Below, piece after piece: positions 57,394 through 64,000 of a stretch of 64,000 bases of DNA (position 1 is the first letter of the stretch; each line of letters begins with the position of its first letter). The stretch is from Rebecca billardiae RCC1528. Taxonomy: Eukaryota; Protista; Haptophyta. Location: NCBI GenBank assembly GCA_965240325.2, contig OZ251238.1, positions 372,001-436,000 on the forward strand, in the 5' to 3' direction. The notes under the pieces are model-generated. The model was not told the origin of the DNA, did not search any database, and saw nothing but the letters and a program-made list of their open reading frames with translations. A program made the position numbers and the translations under genes.

Positions 57394-58383
57394 ATGGCGC
57401 CGACGACCAAGCGCCTGCTCACCGGCGCCGTGACGACGGCAGTCGGCCTCGCGACCCTCGTCCTCACCGCCGTCGTGCTCCGTGCCCACCTCCCACACCC
57501 TCCGGCCGCGCAGCGGGCGCAGACAGACGCGCCCTCCGACGCGGCGGAGGCGGCCAGCGGCGAGGCGGCGCTCGGCGTGCGCGACAGGCACTACAGCATG
57601 GTCAGCGAGGCCAAGTGCGCCGACTGGTGCGTCGAGCACGGCGGCGTCACCGGCTTCGTCAACTACCTCGGCTACCAGATACCCATCCACGAAGGCGACG
57701 ACAGCGACGACATCGGGGCCGTCCACGGCGGCGCCGGCGACGCGGCCGTCCACGGTGGCGCCGACAACGCGAGCCTCTCGGAGGTGCTCTCGGGCCCAAC
57801 CGGAAGGACACGCTGGTGCGCCACGCGCACCTTTGCGATCGCGCTAGCGAAGCACAACCCGGGCATGGCCGTGGGCATGTGCTGCTGCGCCAACACGCTC
57901 GCCGAGCCCGCCGCACCAGTTCCGGAGCTGCCTGCGCCGGTGAGCTGCGACGAGTGGTGCGGCGCTGCCGGCCGTGGGCGTGGGGTCATGTTCGGCACCG
58001 CGCCGTTCTGCGAGGTCTCGTGCCACGAGGACTGCCACGCCGGCCTGCCGCACGGCGGCACCTGCGCGAGCGCCAACAATCACGGCCCCTACGGCAACCG
58101 GTACGGGCTGCGCGACTTTGGCGCCGAGTGCAGCTCGGGCAATAAGATGTGCTGCTGTGCGCAGCATCACGCCGAGGGGCCGCCGGTCGAGCAGGAGGGG
58201 CTGCTGACGTGCGAGCGCTTCTGCCGCAGCGCGGGCCACGCACGCAGCTTCATCTCAGGCACCGCGCCGGCGTGCGAGGGCGAGTGCTTCCCGCACGCGA
58301 AGCAGTGCGTCATCGCCAACGCCCAGTTCACGGACCTGGGCGAATATTGCTTCAGCGGCAACAAGATCTGCAACTGTTACTAG
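57394..58383 (+). CDS. Membrane-anchored Cys-rich repeat protein
   Basis: N-terminal TM; repeated C..WC/FC...GTAP.C...D.G..C.SGNK.C.C modules. Confidence 0.72.
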   Translation: MAPTTKRLLTGAVTTAVGLATLVLTAVVLRAHLPHPPAAQRAQTDAPSDAAEAASGEAALGVRDRHYSMVSEAKCADWCVEHGGVTGFVNYLGYQIPIHEGDDSDDIGAVHGGAGDAAVHGGADNASLSEVLSGPTGRTRWCATRTFAIALAKHNPGMAVGMCCCANTLAEPAAPVPELPAPVSCDEWCGAAGRGRGVMFGTAPFCEVSCHEDCHAGLPHGGTCASANNHGPYGNRYGLRDFGAECSSGNKMCCCAQHHAEGPPVEQEGLLTCERFCRSAGHARSFISGTAPACEGECFPHAKQCVIANAQFTDLGEYCFSGNKICNCY

Positions 58384-59693
58384 TGAGCGCGACTCGCCTC
58401 GCAGCACTGTGTGAGCTACTCGGCATGCCCTCTTTGCCGGCGTGTCAGTGCGCTGACGCGGCGGGCCGGGCCCGAGCGGTGCGGCGGCTGCCCGCGGGTG
58501 GCGCGGCCCGTGACTGGTCCTGACGCCCACTAGTACTCACTAGCTAGCAACCGGACTCAATTCATGACGACGAGTGACTGATGATGTCTCGGAGTGTGAT
58601 GGGACATGCTGCCGATGCTGGCCATGGGCACCCGCCTGAAATGGCCGCCTGACGATCAGTCGGAGTGATCGGGAGTCCCGGCGGCCGCGGGCCCGGCGAC
58701 GGCGCGTCGCCGTCGGGGGCCCCTGCGCTGGCGCGGTCGGCGGTGGCTACGGTTCCGCCGCCGGGCCGCGCGTCACGCCTCGTCACGGGCGCCACGCCGC
58801 ACGCGGCGTCTCACTACACTCTCTGGCGGCTCTGAGACTGTCACTCTCACACACTATATCTACGTCTATCTACAGTGACACTACAGGTCTACAAGTCATC
58901 AATCAATGTATACACTGTCACACAGTCATCGTCTAACCGTTGGGCGTCGTCAGTTGAGAGCCGTCATATCATCGTCGATCATCATCAACGGCCTCACCCG
59001 TCGCGGACCGCAATCGGCACCGCACTTCCGCAGACGGTAGTTCACGGATATGTCATCAATATATATATATGGCTGTCGTGGTCAGATATAAGTCAGATAG
59101 CAGTAGTCTCACTCGTAGCACATGACTCGATGACGACGATGTGCCGGTGCGTCAGCTCATGCCCAGTATCATTACTATAAATCATCATTAATTGATTAAT
59201 AGTGAGTATGAGCCAGTATATTATTAGAGCCGTCTACTCGGTCCGGCGCCGTGCCGGCAGGGGGCAGCGGCAGGCCCGCGCGCTGGCCGCCGCCAGGCCA
59301 GGCCCAGTGGCAGTGCGACTCACAGTGCCTCGGCGGCGGCCGGCGGCGGCCGCGACGCGGCCTGGCGCGCCGCCGGCCGTCCGGCCGCGCAGCTGACGGC
59401 CCGTGGCGATGTGCGCGGGGCTCAGCGGGCTCGCTAGCAGGCCGGTTGGTTTCTCCGAATGCCAGCCCTGCCAACGGGCGGAACGGCACGCGACACTCGA
59501 CGCCGTCACATGCCACGGGCGCGCTGCCAGCCGGCTGCGGCGCGCGACAACTGACCGCAGGGAGCAGCGCCCGTGTCCATCTCACGCCGATCGCCGTGCG
59601 CGCTCCCGCCGTGCCGCCGCAGCCGGCTGCTGATCAGCGTCGCAGCGCATCTGGCTAGCCCAGCGCCGTCGGGTGGGCGGCGGCCGGTGGCGC

Positions 59694-61000
59694 TCAGTCG
59701 GCCTCCTCCGCGTCGGCGTCGCCGCCGCCGCCGCCCTTCTTCTTCTTCTTGTTCTTCTTCTTCTTCTTCACCTCGGTGGCCAGCAGCGCCTTGAGCTCCT
59801 CGTCCTCCAGATTCCGATCTGGCACGACGCCCTCCGGGATGGGCGGGCCCTCGGTTGTGCGCAGCGTGTTGTTCGCCGTGATCAGCGCGGAGAACTTGAA
59901 CTGCGTGACCACCTCGCCTGCGCGCGGCCGCGCACGCGTGCGGGCGAGCGGGACAGCACGCCCGGGCGGCCCGTCAGCCGCGGGCCACGCTGCGCGCCAG
60001 GCGCGCGCGGTCGAGGCGCGCCGCGCCGCACGGTGGCGGGGCGCGCACCCTGCTTCTCGTACAGCACCGGGTACATGTTCATCAGCTCGTGGTTGTGGCA
60101 CTCGACGACGCCCATCCTCGCGGCCTTCTCGTCGGAGCAGGCGCGCAGCGTGAACGGGAACGTGGTGAACCGCTTGTTCACCTCGGAGAAGAACGCGCGG
60201 CTCGTCTTCATCTTGAGGTTGTACGACTGGTCGACCGCGCGCTTGAAGATGGTCGCGCGCTGCCCCGTCTCGATCAGCTTGCCCTCGCCCGTCGACATGG
60301 AGACGTCGACGGTGAAGACGTCGTTCACCTCGAAGACGACCTCGTCGACCTTGTGGTCGATCGTCGGCTTGTTCATGATCACGCGGTTCCCGTCGATGAC
60401 GTGCTTCTTCATCTGGTGGCTGATCACGCCCTGCACGGCCGAGACGCCGTACGAGCTCGCGACCTTCTCAATCATCGCCGACACCTGCGTGTTCGTGTTG
60501 CCCGGCTTGAGCATGCGGTGCGCCAGCTCGCTCGCGTCGTGCGCGGCCCTCAGCACGTTTGCCACGCGCGCGTCCACCGCCGGCGCCTCGCCGCCTTCCG
60601 CCGCGCCGCACACGACCGTGTGCGCGACCTGCGCAATGTATGCATCGAGGTGCACGCCCAGGTCGACCTTCACGACGTCGCCCGCGCTCAGCGCCGGGCC
60701 GTCCTCGCCGCTCAGCGGGGAGAAGTGGCCGGCGCAGTTGTTGACCGAGATGCACGTCGGGAAGGCGATCCCCTTCTCGATCTTCGCCTTGCTGTACACC
60801 TGCGCGCATGCCGCGTCGATGAAGCGATCGCCCACCTCGCACAGCTGCAGCGGCGTCTTGCCCGCCTGGAGCTCAGCGAGCACGGCGAGCAGCGCCTTGC
60901 TGGCGATGTCGCCGGCGAGCTTGTACTTTGTCACGATCTCCGCGTCGGACAGGTCGTTCGCAGTCGTCTCGTCGACATCATCGTCCTCGGACGACGACAT
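59694..61000 (-). CDS. PA2G4: Proliferation-associated protein 2G4 / EBP1; intron 59918-60048
   Basis: VTKYKLAG.I, KGIAFPTCISVNN...HFSPL, DLGVHLD.YIA, LKMKTSR.FFSE, GVVEC..H; Lys-rich tail. Confidence 0.95.
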
Positions 61001-61599
61001 TGCACCCGGCCGCTGGCGCGCGCGCAGCCGTCAAGTCGGTGGTCGTCGGTGCACGTGGATATTGCGGCAGGATGGCGGCCCGCGCGCCGCGGCAAGTCCG
61101 GCCGTCTCGACAAGACTTGCCGCGACAAGTCGCAGCTCGGAAGTCCGGTCGGGGTGGAGGCCTGGTGAGTGGTGGATCAGGATGGAGGGCCTGCCAGTGC
61201 CGCGAGGAACTGTTACGTTAGTAACTACACAAGTACCTCGGAACTAGCTACACCGTGTATCAATAGATACAGGCTGCGTCGTGTCACACTGCTAGATTCT
61301 ATCCTTGCCCGGTTTGTGACGACTCTCAGACTGTTGCTAGTCCGCGACTTACTCAGTCTCGGCACGTCACTGTCGTCAGGCCCGCAGCGGTCCGACGGTC
61401 ACGCGGATTACTTTACTGCGTCGGAGCCGGGTCGTCGGCCTGGCGGTCACCGCGGAGCCGCAGCCCTGGCTCCTGAAGCTGAGCCCGCACGGTCTGCAGG
61501 CCTTCGAGCCGCGGCCCGAGTCGGGGTTTTTGGGTCTGGTAGTGCCCCGTGACCGTGTGCGCCGCTCGAGAAACGCACCTGCGCGCTGTGCTGCGCCCC

Positions 61600-62157
61600 T
61601 CATTCGGTCTCCAAGCGGCTGCTGATGCGCTCGAGTGTCGCCTCCAGGGCACCGTGCGCCAAGGCGAGCTGCGGCATGCCGCGCGTGAGCTCCAGCCCTT
61701 GCCTGCAGAGCGCCTCCGCCTCGCCCAGCCGGTCCTGACCGCACAGCCGCGTAGCCTTCATGTTGAGGACCTGCGCATCCACGACCTCGTCCGGCACCGC
61801 AACGCCGAAGGCGATCTCAGCGATGGCTGCGGCCGTGGCCGGCTTGAAGACGTCGTTGTAGACCTTCACGGTCTCACCACCATCAACGTCCGGCAGGCAC
61901 GCCGCCACGTTCGGCCCTTTCCCACAATTTCCTAGGCAGCCGCACTCCTCGACCTCGAACACGCCCGCACTCGCCTGCGCGATCTGGCTGAAGCGCGCGG
62001 CGAGCTCACGACCGCCGCCATCCTTGCGGCAGGTCTTGTGCGTGCAGACGCGCAGAGTGCCGCGGAGCGTCTTCGCGGCGTCCGCGGCGCTCAGCGCGAG
62101 CACCAAGACGAAAACGTGCCGCCATCTCGGCGTCGCTTGTCGCGGGGCGGCCGCCAT
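61600..62157 (-). CDS. Thioredoxin-like [2Fe-2S] ferredoxin domain protein with helical/TPR-like tail
   Basis: VCTHKTCRKDG ... CGCLGNCGKGPN; N-terminal signal peptide. Confidence 0.8.
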   Translation of the reverse strand: MAAAPRQATPRWRHVFVLVLALSAADAAKTLRGTLRVCTHKTCRKDGGGRELAARFSQIAQASAGVFEVEECGCLGNCGKGPNVAACLPDVDGGETVKVYNDVFKPATAAAIAEIAFGVAVPDEVVDAQVLNMKATRLCGQDRLGEAEALCRQGLELTRGMPQLALAHGALEATLERISSRLETE

Positions 62158-62255
62158 CGATTTCGTCGCCTCACAAAAGCCGCGCGCTCGACTCGTCGAA
62201 TGTTCTACCAGATTCGACTACAATACGGTTCGGACTGTCTTGTTGAGAATACAGT

Positions 62256-63590
62256 ATGGCGGACGATGGTGGCGGCGGACGTTGCTCGCCCCGGCTGCCA
62301 GCCGAGGCGAGCGCGCTTCTGTGCACATTCGCGGACTACGTCGGCCTGTCAATGCTCACACCCGCCTTGCCCTTCTTCCTCGCCGAGCTGGGCGTCGTCG
62401 ACGTCGAGCTCTGGGTCGGCGCCGTACTGAGCGCGCAGTATTTGGCAGTTGTGATCTTCAATCCGATCTGGGGGATGGTGGCGGATCGTTTCGGCGCGCA
62501 GCGTGCGCTGCTGGGCGCAATGGTCGGAGACACGCTCTTCTTCGGCCTGACGGCCGTTGCCACGGTCCCCGGCGCGCTCGTCGCCGTGCGCTTTCTCGCA
62601 GGTGGCTGCTCGCCGCTCGTGCCTGCGCTGTCGCTCATCTTCAGCGTGCTCACGCCCGAGAAGACCGCGCAGGGCATCGGGCGCTACTCGCTCGCGATCT
62701 GCGGTGGATACGTGATAGGCGCTTCGACTGTCGGCGCGCTCTACCGCGCCGTGGGCTTCGCCGGCCTGCAGCTCACGTCCGCGGCCGTCGCGGCCATCGC
62801 GGCCGTGTACACGGCGCTGAGCCCTCATGGCAAGAAGCCTCTGGGACAAGAAGCGCAAGTGTCCGGCGTGCGCACGGCGCTGCGCTCGCGCCACTTCGCC
62901 GTGTACGCGGCGACGCAGTTCTTCGTCGGCTGGTGCATGAACATGGCGTTCGCGGTGGTCACGATCGCGCTGCGCGGCGAGTTTGGCTGGAGCGTGGCGG
63001 AGGTGGGCTACTGTTTTCTTGGCATTGCGGCCGTGCTCGCCGTGCAGTTCAGTTACGCAGTGCCGGCGCTGGTGGGGCGGCTGGGGATCGAGCGCGTGAT
63101 CGCGCTGGCTCTCACCGGGCTGTGCGCGCCGAGCGCCGTGCTCGCATCGCCCGCGCGTACGCACAGCGGGCTGGTGCTGTGCGCGATCGTCCTGTTCCAC
63201 TTTGTGGCCTTCACCGCCCTGCAGCTGCCCGCCACCGGGCGCGCGCGTGTGATCGCCTCGCGGTACACGCAGAACGGCACGGGCGCCATCACCGGCGTCG
63301 GCCGCACCTTCTTCGCGCTTGGCCAGGCGCTGAGCCCCGCGGCGAGCCTTGCGCTGTACGCGCTTGTCAGCCCGGCCGCACCGTGGCTGGTCAACCTCGC
63401 GCTCATCGCCACGCTCGCCGCGATGCACATTGCGACCGGCGTGTGGCCGGGAGAGCTGCGCGCGCAACTGCCGCCCCGGACGCACGCGGATGCCGACCAG
63501 CCCGGCGGGGCGTCCACGGCCGGCATCGATGACGGGGATGCAGCGGTCCAAGCCCCGCCCGCGGCCACCAAGAGCAGTGCTGGTGGCTGA
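62256..63590 (+). CDS. MFS transporter (TetA/DHA1-like)
   Basis: About 12 TM helices; motif A WGMVADRFGAQR; P.LP in TM1; RFLAG. Confidence 0.88.
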   Translation: MADDGGGGRCSPRLPAEASALLCTFADYVGLSMLTPALPFFLAELGVVDVELWVGAVLSAQYLAVVIFNPIWGMVADRFGAQRALLGAMVGDTLFFGLTAVATVPGALVAVRFLAGGCSPLVPALSLIFSVLTPEKTAQGIGRYSLAICGGYVIGASTVGALYRAVGFAGLQLTSAAVAAIAAVYTALSPHGKKPLGQEAQVSGVRTALRSRHFAVYAATQFFVGWCMNMAFAVVTIALRGEFGWSVAEVGYCFLGIAAVLAVQFSYAVPALVGRLGIERVIALALTGLCAPSAVLASPARTHSGLVLCAIVLFHFVAFTALQLPATGRARVIASRYTQNGTGAITGVGRTFFALGQALSPAASLALYALVSPAAPWLVNLALIATLAAMHIATGVWPGELRAQLPPRTHADADQPGGASTAGIDDGDAAVQAPPAATKSSAGG

Positions 63591-64000
63591 TGCTGAGGCG
63601 CAGGACGGTGGGTAGGTCTGGTCGGGCGATGCTGAGAGTGAGGCGCAGGACGCAGTCATCACTATGACTGAATCACTATCAGGTAGCCCGGTAGGTACCT
63701 TGACTAGCTAGGTTAAGGGTATTCGGACATATTACTCATCGATCCGCATAGTCGTAATGTCGATTATAATACGCCGATATTATTATTATTATAAATAATA
63801 TATATATATATATATATTAACGACGTGGTATGCAACGGGCAGGCGTCAGAGTCAGCAAGCTGTAGCAGCAGATCGAGCAGCAGAGACAAACACCAGGATC
63901 AGCGCTCCTCGCCGTCGTCCCCCCCTCATAGTCGCCCATCACTCCATCGCCGAGCGGAAGCTCGACGCACCGTCTGGCGTCGACGCGCACGCGCCACCGC

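Noticed and set aside
1-64000. Prokaryotic operon, prophage or defence-system interpretation; rRNA/tRNA genes
   Set aside because: Spliceosomal introns and eukaryote-specific genes (DRC10, PA2G4) show a nuclear eukaryotic locus. I recognised no rRNA or tRNA by eye; a covariance-model scan was not possible.

Overview
Very GC-rich, compact eukaryotic genomic DNA with short GC-rich GT-AG introns, plastid-type presequences and a flagellar gene. The source is probably an alga; a Pavlovales-type haptophyte is my guess from sequence style only. About 20 protein genes are present, many in tight head-to-head pairs: FkbH-like/HD-domain, EamA/opine dehydrogenase, two K+-channel-like genes both lacking GYG, cyclophilin/methyltransferase and Trx-like 2Fe-2S/MFS. 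Others include a PDZ-ferredoxin, DRC10, a cupin dioxygenase, a degenerate myosin-WW-PDZ protein and PA2G4. Most long ORFs in the supplied track are GC or repeat artefacts. The non-genic DNA is rich in DNA transposons whose TIRs and TSDs can be read directly. Three ~1.1 kb foldback elements (CAAGGG ends, ~400-bp arms, 7-bp TSD; P/Galileo-like) all lie 120-165 bp upstream of a start codon. A 12.7-kb hAT-like element (23436-36129, 8-bp TSD) carries a ~224-bp satellite and three nested TIR elements, one with a frameshifted transposase-like gene. Several smaller MITEs are also present.
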